Origin: Macrostomum lignano
Lineage: Eukaryota
Assembly: GCA_002269645.1 (NCBI GenBank)
Contig: NIVC01003515.1
Location: 30,006-94,005 of the forward strand
Reading direction: 5' to 3'
DNA length: 64,000 bases
Shown here: positions 48,704 through 61,700 of the stretch, piece after piece
Numbering within the stretch: the stretch's first letter is position 1
How the letters are laid out: the number at the start of each line of letters is the position of its first letter
Translations under genes and position numbers: made by a program
The notes under the pieces: model-generated
Seen by the model: the letters and a program-made list of their open reading frames with translations, nothing else
The model's database searches: none
Told to the model about the DNA's origin: nothing

Positions 48704-50449
48704 TAGACTGTTCCATAGATCTTATATATGATCTTTGGACTGTTCCTAGTGCTGCTAGATTTATAATAAAAACTGTTGGTAAACTACGAGTACTTAAAAG
48801 ACTATTTTAATTATAAAAAAAATAAGTCCACCTTAAGAGTCCGTGATCAGCGGAAGGCAATCACTAGCGCATTCTCTATTAGACTGGGCCATATATTTTA
48901 TACGGATACGTGAAAAGTCTTTAAAAGCCACTTAGTTAAAGAAAGCTGACAAAAAACACGCACACAAAACAGCCAATAAAAGCCGACAAAGCAAAAATAT
49001 GGTGCAACAATAAAGGAACGCGACACCATTGACCGAAACACAGACGCTGAATGCAAAGGAAAGAACTGTGAGCACTAGGGCACTAGATATCATATGGCAA
49101 TAATAGAATTAGCAGTAGAATTATCGGCTTTGAATTCCTCTCTATGCTAACGTGCCGCCCTAACCCATACAGCTTGGCGCAGAGCAGCTGGAAAATTAGC
49201 CGTGGGGTTGTCCTGCGATTCACAGCCATGAAAAGCCAACCCCCAAGGCTGTGTGAGCGCGTGTACGAGTGCGCACCTGCGTACAGTATTGGCACGCTTC
49301 AATGTGCTCAGCAGTCAGCGGAATGGGCAGAATTGCCGTCAGCGCTGCCAGGTGTGGGAGGATTTACGACTCGTCAATATCTGATAGTCTTAACTCTAAA
49401 GCACAGATACTTAGAATAACTAGATGGGCCACTCAGCACATTTGCGTGCAAGCTACTTTCAGTTCAGTAGTAAGTTAAACTGAAGCGTTTTAGTGTATTT
49501 TTAAAGCCAAGGCTCATCTATTCGCTCTTACCCCCGCCCCCCAATTTTTATTGCCTTTCTCGGAATTCCAGCCTAAAGCTGCCATGTACATTTCAGTGGA
49601 CTGGCTAATGTACATTATTGCTGAACCAATTAGCAAGTGCAAGCTTTGGCTTCTAAACTTATCAAAGTCATTTCAGCTGTCTTTATTTTTATAAAATAGC
49701 TTTTTTATTCTTCGTTGCTACTGAACTGAAAGTAGAAAGCTGTTTTACTAAGTATATAAATGCCTGAGTGGCCCATCCTAGTTATTTTACATCTGTGCTC
49801 TGAAGCTAAATACGCAGTTTTACTAACCAATAATTAAACAGACGCATTCAAGCACTACTTATTAGTAGCAGTAAGAGCTAAATAAAGTGGAACAACTTTT
49901 ATTATTAAAATAAATAATTCTTAGACAAAGAAATGATATGATTTCAGGCGCAAAATATACGCAAAAGCTACTAAAAGTACCACAGGAAGGTGACAATATA
50001 TCACTAGCAATGTGTACACGATACCATGAAGCAACGTTGTGTCCAATTAGAAAACAAAAAGGAGCTTAAAAACTGGAATGTGGAGAAAACTCTGTTGGCG
50101 ATAAATATGCTACTGGTGTCTGGGACAGTTAGTAGTATGATATGCGTTTTCTGGTGTTAAATATAAATTAATCATCTAAGAGTTACAGGATAGAAATATT
50201 ATTCTAGCAAGCATCAGCGAAGCGGCTTTAAAAGTATTTTATTGCTTTGCTCATCTGATAGTGAATAGAGTATGATTTATACTACTTATCAGTAGCTTCA
50301 TATCATATATTTTTGAGCACTTGTGACACAGTAACTCTTATTTAAACAATGCTTTTTACAGGGAATCATAGTATCACTGAATGCACCATAATAGGATGGG
50401 TCACTTGAGCCTGTTACTAATCAGGCAATGCAGACTTGAAGAATTGAAA

Positions 50450-50835
50450 TTACCGCCGGGAAATGGGGAATTGGAAAATGGGGATTTGGGAGATTGGTAA
50501 TTGGGAAATGGTAAATTGGGAAATGGGGAATCGGGAGATGGGGAATTAGGAGATGGGGAATTGGAAAAAAGAATTGGGAATTGGGAAATGAGGAATGGGG
50601 AATTGAGAACTGAGGATTGGGGAATCGGGAATGGAGATTGGTAATGGGGAATGGGAAAATTAAGAATCGGGAAATGGGGAATTGGAAAATGGGAAATGGG
50701 GACGTGGGAAAAGGGGAATTGGGAAATGAGGATTCGGAAAATAGGGAGTGAGGATTTTGGGAATCGGGATATCCGGATCCGACAATGTGGGATTCGGAAT
50801 CTGGGGAACAGGGAATGGCGGGAATTATTGGCAAT
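50450..50835. repeat. Degenerate GGGAAT/GGAAAT-rich repeat
   Basis: Recurrent gggaaatggggaattg units. Confidence 0.85.
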
Positions 50836-51428
50836 TGTAAAGGCATAGTATACCGGTAAAATAAGTTGATAGGCGGGAATCTCAGATCCTAGCTAATTAC
50901 AGAGTGGATAGACGATCTTCAATTATGATTGCCTTCAATTGTGAGACTATTCAACATTGAATTCTGCTCATTAATTTGTACTCAAGACAGACCGAATTCA
51001 AACAACAATATGCTGGTCCCTAAACAAAAATATTCCTAGCTAACTCGTATTGCAAAGTATATTTATACAGGTGAATGACGACAAAGTTAATGAGACATAT
51101 CGATAGGCAGACAATGAACAGGTTTGCAAAAAACACAGACACTACACCATACATACTACTCGCAAACAGTGACAGTAGTAGGCATACATAGACAATATAT
51201 TAATTTAGTTTGATTACAAAATGGGGAATGAGTATCTTAGGAAGTGCATTTATTTGCAATCAAATCTATCACAACTGAACAACACGCTAATAGATGCGTA
51301 ACAGACTACTTTCAGAAACGCAATGAGTAGTAAGAATAGCAAATGTGCCTACTGTATATAAAAACAAGCTGGCAAAAATTTGTGACAACTATTTTGTAGT
51401 TAAATTATTAAGCAAAATCCAACAAGAA

Positions 51429-54400
51429 TTAAGGAACAATAGGCTCTGCGTTGATCCACACTGGGCAGTTCTGATCGCGGCTGACTACGCTGACCACCTG
51501 GGAGCACATGAATGCGAAAGCGCCGCCTTGGATGCACGCTGCAGAATTGAAAGGTGGGGAGTGGGCGCGAATTTAAATATTTGTTTCGTTAATTTAATGA
51601 ATTTCCTTAAGTATTTTATTAGAGACAGGGTGCTGCTGTGTGCTCCCTGGCGCACTTTAAGCGACATTGTCGCACAACCTGCGAAACGCATTATTCCGCC
51701 GACTCCCCTGAGCAGGCACACAAGCGCGGATACGTACGCAGTCACACGCACAAGCACACACTCACACAGGAGTGTACAGCGGCCCTAACTTTATTATCAT
51801 TAATTAGGCATGTACACTTCACAGTGCCTTGGGGGTTGGCCCTCAAGGGTGTTAATTGCACGAGCAGAGCCAAGCCGAGATTCCAATTTAGCTACAAATT
51901 AATGCGACTGCACTGGGAATCGAGCCTGGGCCGCTGGCACATCAGAGCGCCGCCCTAGACCACTGGGCTACGGCCCCCATCCATTACTATTCCGTTAGTT
52001 TGGCGTGTTAAATAGAAAAGTACGCTGTGCACTTCCATTTTTATATGACGATTTGAGAGCGGAAATAAGGACTTAGGGGGGGTGAATTCCGCTAGTGATT
52101 TTTATGATTCTTGGAATCCCCAATGAGAGTTGGCGGCGCAGTCAGAATGGTAAGATTTTTTGTCCTAATAATTTCAATAATAGTTTCTATTTATATAAAT
52201 TCCAAGAATACCAAGACATGACGCCATTTTCAATCACAGCGCATGTATTGAGGAAAGTGGAGGCGAGGCAGGTCCCAAGTCTCAAGTGGGCGTGAAGTCC
52301 CTCATCATCTCCAGCATCTCTTTCTCTCTCTCTCTCTCTGGCTCGTTCTGTAGGCAAAAAAGTATGAGCGCCACTCCACTACCGTTTAGGCAAGCGTCCG
52401 TATCTAGGGAAGCCAATAGCCCTACACATGCATAAGAAAGGTTGATGGGATCGGCGTTGAGGGAGTTGGGACAGCAGCAACAGAGAGTATAAATGAGAGA
52501 CGGAGGCGGCCCAACATTTTCTGCTTTCGTCGAATGATGCAGAGAAGCAGAAAGTCCAAAAATTGGACAAGAATTTCCGAGAGTAATTCCCCCAAGATAT
52601 ACTACGGAGGAAATTATCCCGCGAGAATCCCATCAGATATACTACGGAGGGAATTATCCTACGAGAATTATCCAGACTATATTGCGGAGGGAATTATCCT
52701 GCGCGAATTTGGTTAGCTAGCTGAACTAGGAAGGGAATTATCCTACTAGAATCCCCTTTAGCTATACTGCCGAGGAAATGAACCCACAAGAAAGGTTTAG
52801 AAAGATTTCGGAAGAACTAAGGAGTGAAACACAATTCACATTCGAGATAATTTCACATTCACAGTCCAAAAAACAAAAACTATTGCGCATCACTGCTCAC
52901 CAGTGAGCACAGGCTGCAGTTCTTCCTCCAGTTGAGCAGCCTTAGCAACCATATCTTTAGCCACGCGGCTAGGAAATTTCTCCGGACAGTAGCGCGGATC
53001 CCTGGCCTCTTTAACCAGCTTGTGACTGCGATACCGGAGCAGCAGTACAATAGGATAGACCCTGTGCAGTCGGTGCAGCTGATCAACCTGGGCCGGTCCA
53101 GATGCCAGCTGAAGCAGTCCATGCTTAGCGGAGTCCCCGGCGCAGGCCCCGGCCACCCGGTCTAGCGGCAGCGGCCCCAGAGGATAAAATAAATCCGAAC
53201 GCTCGGCGCACAGAGCCCGGCCGAGGGCTTCGGACAGCGGGCCGAGAATGGCCACAGGACGGGGCCCGGCCCGGCCGGGATCGGGCACCAGCTCGGCCCT
53301 GGAGTAGGCAGGCAGCGGTAGGCGCAGGTGCGGATGCAGATAGTCGGCCGTGGACGCCGAAGCCGAAGCCGACGCCGAAGCCGACGACGACGACGAGGAG
53401 GAGGTGCCGCCGCGTTTTCCAGCCGAGCGTCGCAGGCTGACGGAGCGGCTGCCCAGACCGCCGGCAGCTGGGTTCTGCATCAGCGCCAACTGTTGCTGCT
53501 GCTGCTGCTGCTGCTGCAGTCGCCTAGGCGACGGCATGAAGCCGCTGCGAACTCGTTGTCCGGCGCCGTCCAGCAACCAAGCGAACCACCAGCCGGCCGG
53601 CCGGCCAGCCGGACGCGTGTCCGTCACTAGCAGCAGGTCGTGCCGTCGAAAGGCCAGCAGCGGCTCCGGCGGCGGCTGCTGCTCATCGCCGTCAACGACG
53701 CCTCCGACTGCCGGCAGTTGGGAGAAATTCGGCCGGACAAACAGGGCGTCCGGCTCGGTGGCGCTGCCGATTGCGGCCAGCCTGGCCGGCCGGTGCTGCA
53801 CCAACAGCCGCGTCTCCTCGTCAGTGGCGGCCGCCGCCCTGCCGAGCTCCTGGCTGGCCGATTCCGCTGTTAGGCCCCGAAAATCGACGCCGTTGCACTG
53901 CAGGATGAGGTCGCCCGGCCGGAGACCCTGGCCGGCGCTTTCGGCCGGCACGTCGGACACCAGGATGCCGGTCTCCGAGCCGCCGACAAAGGAGAAGCCA
54001 GCAGCTGACGGCTGCAAGCAAACTAGCCGGGTCTCTTCAGCGTCAGACTGTTGATGCTGATGAGGCTGCTGCGGTTGCTGCTGCTGGAGATGCTGGAGCT
54101 GTTGATGTCGAACAGACGGCGAATTAGTAGGCGTAGTGTCGTTATCGGCACCGCGGCAGTACTGCACCAGCAGGGTGGCCACCTCCTCCCTGCAGTCGTT
54201 CAGCACCTGCTTGGCATTGTGATAGAAGGCGGTGCGCAGGTTCACTCCGCAGAATTCCAGGATCCGATCGCCGGCTAGCAGACCGGCCCGGTCCGCCAGG
54301 CTGCCGGGCTGCACGGTGCTGATGTAGATGCCGCCCTGCTGCCCAGCGTGGATGCGAATCCCCAGCGGCTCGGAGCCCTGGCAGTGTGTGCGTGTGTTAA

Positions 54401-56335
54401 ATAAGCTGTAGTCTCAGATCACTTCAAAATATTCAAAAATCAAATGCCTTGTCTGAAGATCCTAAAAACTCGAACTCTAGGTCACAAGATTCCTGAAATT
54501 AATTCCCCAGTCTCCAGATCCCCCAAATTTTGAATCTCCAGTTCTAAAGTCTTAAACATTTAATCCCCAGTCCAATTATGTCCCAACATCGAATCCCCAG
54601 TCCTAGAGTCCCGAAAATCGAATCCCCAGTCCAATTATGTCCCAACATCGAATCCCCAGTCCTAGAGTCCCGAAAATCGAATCCCCAGTCCTAGAGTCCC
54701 GAAAATCGAATCCCCAGTCCAATTATGTCCCAACATCGAATCCCCAGTCCTAGAGTCCCGAAAATCGAATCCCCAGTCCAATTATGTCCCAACATCGAAT
54801 CCCCAGTCCTAGAGTCCCGAAAATCGAATCCCCAGTCCTAGAGTCCCAAAATCGAATCCCCAGTCATAAATCCCAACAATTGAATTCCCCGTCCTTAAGT
54901 CCCAACAATCGAATATACCCAGTTCTAAAGCCCCAAAATCCAATCCCTCGTCCTAAAGTCTCAAAAATCGAATCAAAAGTCCTAAAATCCCAACAATCGA
55001 ATCCCCAGTCCTCAAGTCCCAAAAATCGAATCCCCAGTCCAGAAGTCCCCAAAATCGAGTCCTCAGTCCCCAGATTCCCGAAAGTCCCTACTAACCTTGT
55101 CCATTCGAACTTGCCGCACAGACCCTGGCCGAGGTCGACGCTCGGTCGACGTTCCAGAAGCAGCAGCCGACGCCGCCGCCGCCGCAGCCGCCGCCGAATG
55201 AGTCGACAAAGCGGCCGCACCAGTTTCCCTCGACGCGATTCCGTTGCTGCAGCCGCCGCTGTCAGCCGACGAGCTGCTCACGGAGGACAGGCGCGAGCCC
55301 GAGCCGGTCTTCGAAACGCTGGCCGAACTGGGGATTCGAATTCGCTCGTTGGACCCGCCGCCGCCCAGCCAGGGTAGGACGTCCGGCCTGGCTACGCTCG
55401 TGCCGGCGTGGCCGCCGCCGCTACCGACGCTGCCGCCGCTGCTGCCGCCGCCGCTGCCGTTCCGCTCGGCAACAAGGACCGGAGCAGCTGACAGTCGCTT
55501 GTCGGCTTTGGCCAGACGGCTGGTTGTTGTGCCGGACGATTTTGGACGGCGCTGAATGATGCAAATAAATGCGGGTTGGGATTGTGCGAGTACAGCATTG
55601 TGACAGCAATTCGACAGCATTGTGACGGTACTTTTACAGCATTGGAACAGCAATTTACAGCATTGTGGCAGTAATTGTACAGCATTAGGACAGTACTGTT
55701 ACAGTACAGTGACGGGTGCTGTTACAGTATCAGTGACGGGTGCTGTTACAATATCAGTGACGGGTGCTGTTACAGTATCTGTGACGGGTGCTGTTACAGC
55801 ATCTGTGACGGGGTGATGTTACAGCATCTGTGACGGGGTGATGTTACAGCATCTGTGACGGGGTGATGTTACAGTATCTGTGACAGGGTGCTGTTACAGC
55901 ATCAGTGACGGGGTTCTGTTACAGTACCAGTGGCGGGGTGCTGTTACAGTACCAGTGGCGGGGTGCTGTTACAGCATCAGTGACGGGGTTCTGTTACAGT
56001 ACCAGTGGCGGGGTGCTGTTACAGTATCAGTGACGGGTGCTGTTACAATATCAGTGACGGGTGCTGTTACAGTATCGGCGCCGCTACAGCTGTACACAAA
56101 TTTTGTGATGCAAAGCAGATGATACACACACTGTACATGACACAAATGAGAGGCTTACCTCATAATGCGATCTGACTATGGTTTCATCGCTTCTAACAAC
56201 TGGTCCCGGTTCGGGCGACAAACTGCCATTAGCCATTGACGTTGATAAAACGCCTAAGCGAGGCTGCGGCGGCTGCAGCTGCGGTGGTGGAGTCGGTTGT
56301 TGAAGATTCTGATGGTACGAGCCGCTGGAGTACCG

Positions 56336-56377
<42 letters not shown>

Positions 56378-59300
56378 ATCAAAAACAGGCAGCGTTGGCG
56401 ACATCGGCGACAGTCGGTTGCCAGCGGCGCCGCCAGCTGTTGGAAACACGAACGGCAGCGGTGGTCGCTCTTTCCGTTTGGCGCCAATCTCCTTGTCGGT
56501 GTTGACGCAGCCAGGCCCTGAGCCGCCGGAGCTGTCAACGAAATGATCGCCGTGCACCGTGGCGAACTTTTTGCCGTTGCCTCCGCCGCTGATGCCGCTG
56601 CCACCGCCGCCGCCGCCTCTACGCCGGTCGTAGCCGCGAAGCATGGAGTCCAACTCGTCAATGGCGGCGACCTCCTCTCGCTCGGCGATGCAGTCGGAGG
56701 CGGCGGCGGCGTTGGCACCGGAACTCGACTTCTTGGCTTTGCTGCCGCCTCCGCCGCCTGCTGATCGGAAACGATTAATTAGCCGGTCGAGCACCGAGTC
56801 CTTCCGGTGACCGTTACCGGAGCCGCTTCCGGCCACGGAGGACTCGGACTCGGCCGTCTCCGTGCTCCAGTGCCCCGTAGGAGACTTTGTCATCGAGCTC
56901 AGAGCAGAATCGGGCGACTGGGCGCTTCCCGTGGCGGCAGTGACGCCGCTGTCAATTAAAGGATCTGCGACGGAAACATCGGACGGCGGGCCGGCTCTGA
57001 CCTCGTCGCGGCTGGCGTAGGCCCTGTAGGGACAGATCAGCAGCTGGCAGGGCCCGCTGCTGCCACCTGTCCGACACTCGGCAAGCACCTGGCGCGCCTC
57101 GGCCAGACTCAGGCCGTCTAGTTGGCGACCGTCGATAGACAGAACTCGATCGCCGATTGCGATGCCGCCGCAACCGCCGTCTCCGTCTCCGCCGCTGTTG
57201 CCGCCGTCGACATTGTCATCGGCGTTGTCGTCGTCGAACGAGACGGGTCGGCAGCCGGGCGGTCGCTGCAGCACTCGCTTCACGTAGAACCCGGCGTCCA
57301 GCTGGATCAAGTCGGCTGGCCGGGCGCCGGACAGCCGGACGCAGACCGGATGCGTCCGCCAGTGGACTCGCCTGCGCCGGACTGTCAGCACGCAGCTGGC
57401 CGAGCCGGAGCAGGCCTGCAGAGCGGCGTACACCTCTTCGGCTGACCGGCCGACAACGTTGGCTCCGTTCACCCGGCAGATCTGGTCGTTGACGCGCAGC
57501 TTACCGTCGGCCTGGCTGCCCGGGATCACGTTGAGCACGTAGAGGGAGGTGTCATTCACGGCCAGGGGCTGGTGGGGACCGCCGGTGACCTGAACAGGAA
57601 GTAAGAGGGATATTTTTAGTGCGGGGCATGCATGGCTAAAAATAAATGGTAAAATGGCCCAGTAACTGAGGATCTGGGAGGCTGGCCCAGAAACTGACAC
57701 TCTGGGAGGCTGGCCCAGCAACTGATGATCTGGGAGGCTGGCCCAGCAACTGAGGATCTGGGAGTCTGGCCCAGAAACTGACACTCTGGGAGGCTGGCCC
57801 AGCAACTGAGGATCTGGGAGGCTGGCCCAGCAACTGAGGATCTGGGAGGCTGGCCCAGCAACTGAGGATCTGGGAGTCTGGCCCAGCATCTGAGGATCTG
57901 GGAGTCTGGCCCAGCAACTGAGGATCTGGGAGGCTGGCCCAGCAACTGAGGATCTGGGAGGCTGGCCCAGCAACTGAGGATCTGGGAGTCTGGCCCAGCA
58001 TCTGAGGATCTGGGAGTCTGGCCCAGCAACTGAGGATCTGGGAGGCTGGCCCTAGCAACTGAGGATCTGGGAGGCTGGCCCAGCAACTGAGGATCTGGGA
58101 GGCTGGCCCTAGCAACTTAGGATCTGGGAGTCTGGCCCAGCATCTGAGGATCTGGGAGGCTGGCCCCGCAACTAAGGACCTGCATGGCAGGCTGGCCCAG
58201 CAACTGACACTCTGGAAGGCTGGCCCAGCAACTGAGGATCTGGGAGGCTGGCCCAGCAACTGAGGATCTGGGAGGCTGGCCCAGCAACTAAGGACCTGCA
58301 TGGGAGGCTGGCCCAGCAACTGAGGACCTGCATGGGAGGCTGGCCCAGCAACTGATGATCTGGGAGGCTGGCCCAGACACCGAGGATCTGGGAGGCTGGC
58401 CCAGACACCGAGGATCTGGGAGGCTGGCCCAGACACTGAGGATCTAGGACGTGTCGGCTTACTGAAGACCCAATCATTAAGTCAGAAGCCAGCTAAAACC
58501 AAGCATGAAGTTAGAAGCGCATACAGCTAGGTGAAAAGTTGCCCGATGCCCCTACCTGGAAGCCGATGTTCTTGCCAATGGGGCCAATATCAACATTGAC
58601 CAGGCCGTCCCGAACAGCGGGTTTCGCAGTCTCGCCGGCATCCTTTGACTCCGAAACCGCTTCCGCAAACTGGTTGGCGGCGGCCGCAGCCTCCTGCAGC
58701 TGATTGGCCAGCTGGCGTTTCTCCGCCTCCAGCAGGTCGCATCGCTGCATCGTGTCGGCGTGCCGCGACACCGCCTGGTCCCGTTCGGCGCGCAGCTGCT
58801 CGCACAGGTTGCGCAACGCCTCGCGCTCCTCTAGCGCGCTAGCCCGCTGCTGCAGAGCCCAGTCGCGCTGCGACCTGGCCGTGGCCTGCAGCTGGCGCAG
58901 GTCGCCGGCCTCCTCGCGCAGTTTGGCCAATTCGGCAGCCGCTTCGCCACCGCCGCAGCATCGACGCTGACGACAGGCTTCTAGAGCTTCGTCGCGTTGG
59001 GCTTCAACGGCTCGCAGACGATCTTCGGCCAGTTCGCCGCGGCTAGTTAATTGGCGAATCTCTTCGTGAACGTCGGCACGCTCGGACATGACTTTGCGCC
59101 ATTCGGTTGACACGGCCTGGGCGTTCTCCTGCTCGCGGTAGAGAGCCACTCGCAGGTCGCTAACCTGACAGCCGGAAGAGTAATCAGGATGACGATTCCA
59201 CACATGAGCAAATTCTTTTTCCTATATTAATGTCGCTACATATCGGTAGCCATTGTATTTTTAATTATAGCTGCATAGCCTGGTTATATAGATCTAGATT

Positions 59301-60107
59301 GTTGTCGCTACATATCGTTAGTTCTTGCTTATAGCAAACAATTGGCTTAATTTGTACTAGATAGTGCTACATATAGCTAATCAATGCTATTAAACCCTTT
59401 TTTTGACAACAATGCTGAACTCAAAATCCTGATCTTTTAAACCAGATTCTTCTTACACTGTTATCGCTACATATCGGTAGTCGTTGCAAATTGTAACTGA
59501 AAAGTCTGATTCTAGATTTAGATTACTGTCGCTACATATCGGTAATCACGGTAATCAGTTGGCTCTATCCATTGACAGTCTTGCTTGGCGGATTAGCCGG
59601 ATTCTACCTACATAACATATCGCTACATATCGTCAGTCGTTGCTAATCGGCCCCAGCCTACCTGTCTCAGCAGGGTCAGCCGGTCGTCAGCCAGACTGCG
59701 CGCCTCCGCCGCCAGCTGATCAAGCTGCATTCGCAGGGTAGTTTTCTCCTGCTCGGAGGCGCGCAGTCCGCTAGCAGCCTCCGACTGTTTGCGATGCAGA
59801 GCTGCGCACATCGACTGCAGGGCCTCGCAGGACTGGCAGCGGTGGCCAGCACCAGCCGGCGCAGCGGGCGACGCGGACGCTGAAGCATTCGTTAAAGAAG
59901 ATGTCGAAGGCGGCGGAGTCGGCTGCTGCTGAAGACGATTGTGCAGCACGTTGCTGATGATGCTGCTGCTGCTGATGATGAGGCATAGGATAAGCTGGAG
60001 AGGCTGGAACTCGAGTTCCCGTGTAAATTACGTGATAATTTGAGTCGGCGTAGCCAAAGCTACCGTTGCTGCCGCCGCCGCCGCTGCTGGCTGAGTGCTG
60101 CCTGTCG

Positions 60108-60140
<33 letters not shown>

Positions 60141-60192
60141 TGCTCTAGTTGATGCTGCTGCTGCTGCTGGGCTCTCAGGAAAGCAATCTCGG
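51429..60192 (-). CDS. DLG5: Disks large homolog 5 (coiled coil, 4 PDZ, SH3, GUK), 5' end not located. Exons: 60192-59662, 59164-58556, 57589-56159, 55551-55096, 54377-52901, 51538-51429
   Basis: It has long coiled coils, four PDZ-like domains (IGFQVTGG, GIAIGDRVLSIDG, EPLGIRIHAG...GDRILEFCGVNL, GFSFVGG...GDLILQCNG) and an SH3 (LAFRRHDLLLVTDT...WWFAW...GFMPS). The GUK region includes KLVKEARDPRY. The C-terminus CIQGGAFAFMCSQVV...VWI resembles the DLG5 end. There is an apparent frame discontinuity near 59950. Confidence 0.9.
51790..51977 (-). mobile_element. tRNA-derived SINE (3' boundary uncertain, may extend to ~51610)
   Basis: The minus strand reads GGGGCCGTAGCCCAGTGGTCTAGGGCGGCGCTCTGATGTGCCAGCGGCCCAGGCTCGATTCCCAG. 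It shows an A-box (TAGCCCAGTGG), a D-stem GCCC/GGGC and a B-box-like GGCTCGATTCC. The 6-nt anticodon loop and broken T and acceptor stems mean it is not a functional tRNA. Confidence 0.65.
52590..52765. repeat. Degenerate ~40-nt tandem repeat (ggaattatcc core)
   Basis: About four to five diverged copies. Confidence 0.65.
54495..55090. repeat. ~28-nt minisatellite aaaatcgaatccccagtcctagagtccc and variants
   Basis: Tandem copies in a DLG5 intron. Confidence 0.9.
55605..56080. repeat. ~24-nt minisatellite gtgacgggtgctgttacagtatca
   Basis: Tandem copies in a DLG5 intron. Confidence 0.9.
57655..58450. repeat. 28-nt minisatellite ctgaggatctgggaggctggcccagcaa
   Basis: Tandem copies; they give artefactual N-terminal extensions of the DLG5 ORF. 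Confidence 0.95.
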
Positions 60193-61039
60193 CTGGAAAT
60201 GGAATTCAATTCAATAGCATAGAGTGAGCGGTTGTGCGAGCTGGAGCGCCCAGCGCAAGACTAGCTTATACATCCCGTTCTTTTATCCCACGAGTTCTTC
60301 ACCATATATTCCCGACCAGTTGAGGCATATTCGAAAGAAGCGGCGTAGGGGGGGGGGCAGCGAGGCAGCGGACTGGGTTGGTGGGATAATACTACCGACA
60401 TATTATTATTATTATTATTATGGAAGGCAGTGTGGGGATGGCAGGGGGAGAGCAAGATCAGCGGGAAATATCTCCATAGCTCTCCCAGGGCTGATCAAGC
60501 TGAGAAGCCAGATAGGGGGGGGGGTGAGAGCACTGAGCAGCATTAGAAAATAAGGGTAAGGGAAGATGCGACTGGCAACTATGGGAATTCGACTGGCGAG
60601 ACGCCTGGTCGCCAACGGGCGGTAGATGGGGAAGGGAGGGCAGGGCGGATTAGCCGTTCAAGGCGGCAGTTAATTGAGCGGAAGAAGAAGAGACGAAGGC
60701 GGGAAAAAGCTTTGGCAAAAGAAATTGAAGAGAATACGAAAGGGTTTTGCGTACAGCTCAGGACCAGCTTAGACGCTATTTTTTTACTCTTCTAACGTTT
60801 CATCAAATGCATACGAGCACGGGTCAGCCTTGATGTGTTGGACTCAAATATAGACGTCAAAGCAACGGATGGAGAAGAGGACAGCACAGCTACCCTGTGT
60901 ATGCGTACAGTCTGAAAAAAAGATAATTATTAGCCCGAAAGCTTTCATTTTTCTGTCGCAGCCATATTTCTTCATCTGGCTGTCGCTTTCAGTTACAGCC
61001 TCAGCGCTGGACGAAGCAGAAAGTAGAAATTGCACGGTT

Positions 61040-61700
61040 TCTCTGTCTGACAGTTTCTGCGTCTGACGGCTTTTGTGTCTGACGGTTTTTGTGTCTGACG
61101 GTGTCTGTATCTGACAGTTTGTGTCTGCCGGCTTTTGTGTCTGACGGTGTCTGTGTCTGACAGTTTCTGTCTGACGGCTTTTGTGTCTGTGTCTGACGGT
61201 GTCTGTGTCTGACAGTTTCTGTCTGACGGCTTTTGTGTCTGACGGTGTCTGTGTCTGACAGTTTCTGTCTGCCGGCTTTTGTGTCTGTGTCAGACGGTGT
61301 CTGTGTCTGACAGTTTCTGTCTGCCGGCTTTTGTGTCTGTGTCTGACGGTGTCTGTGTCTGACAGTTTCTGTCTGACGGCTTTTGTGTCTGACGGTGTCT
61401 GTGTCTGACAGTTTCTGTCTGCCGGCTTTTGTGTCTGACAGTGTCTGTGTCTGACAGTTTCTGTCTGCCGGCTTTTGTGTCTGTGTCTGACGGTGTCTGT
61501 GTCTGACAGTTTCTGTCTGACGGCTTTTGTGTCTGACGGTGTCTGTGTCTGACGGTGTCTGTGTCTGACAGTTTCTGTCTGACGGCTTTTGTGTCTGTGT
61601 CTGACGGTGTCTGTGTCTGACAGTTTCTGTCTGACGGCTTTTGTGTCTGACGGTGTCTGTGTCTGACAGTTTCTGTGCCTGACGGTGTCTGTGTCTGATG
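61040..61700. repeat. GTCTGAC-based composite minisatellite
   Basis: Units gtctgacggtgtctgtgtctgacagtttct / gtctgacggcttttgt. Confidence 0.93.

Noticed and set aside
53328-57492. Long antisense or alternative-frame ORFs over DLG5, mannosidase and PDCD2L exons
   Set aside because: They are shadow ORFs expected in GC-rich coding DNA and carry no domain signatures.
60844-61030. Possible upstream DLG5 exons (acceptor-like tttttcag near 60911)
   Set aside because: No frame gave recognisable DLG5 N-terminal (CARD-like) sequence with a convincing donor.
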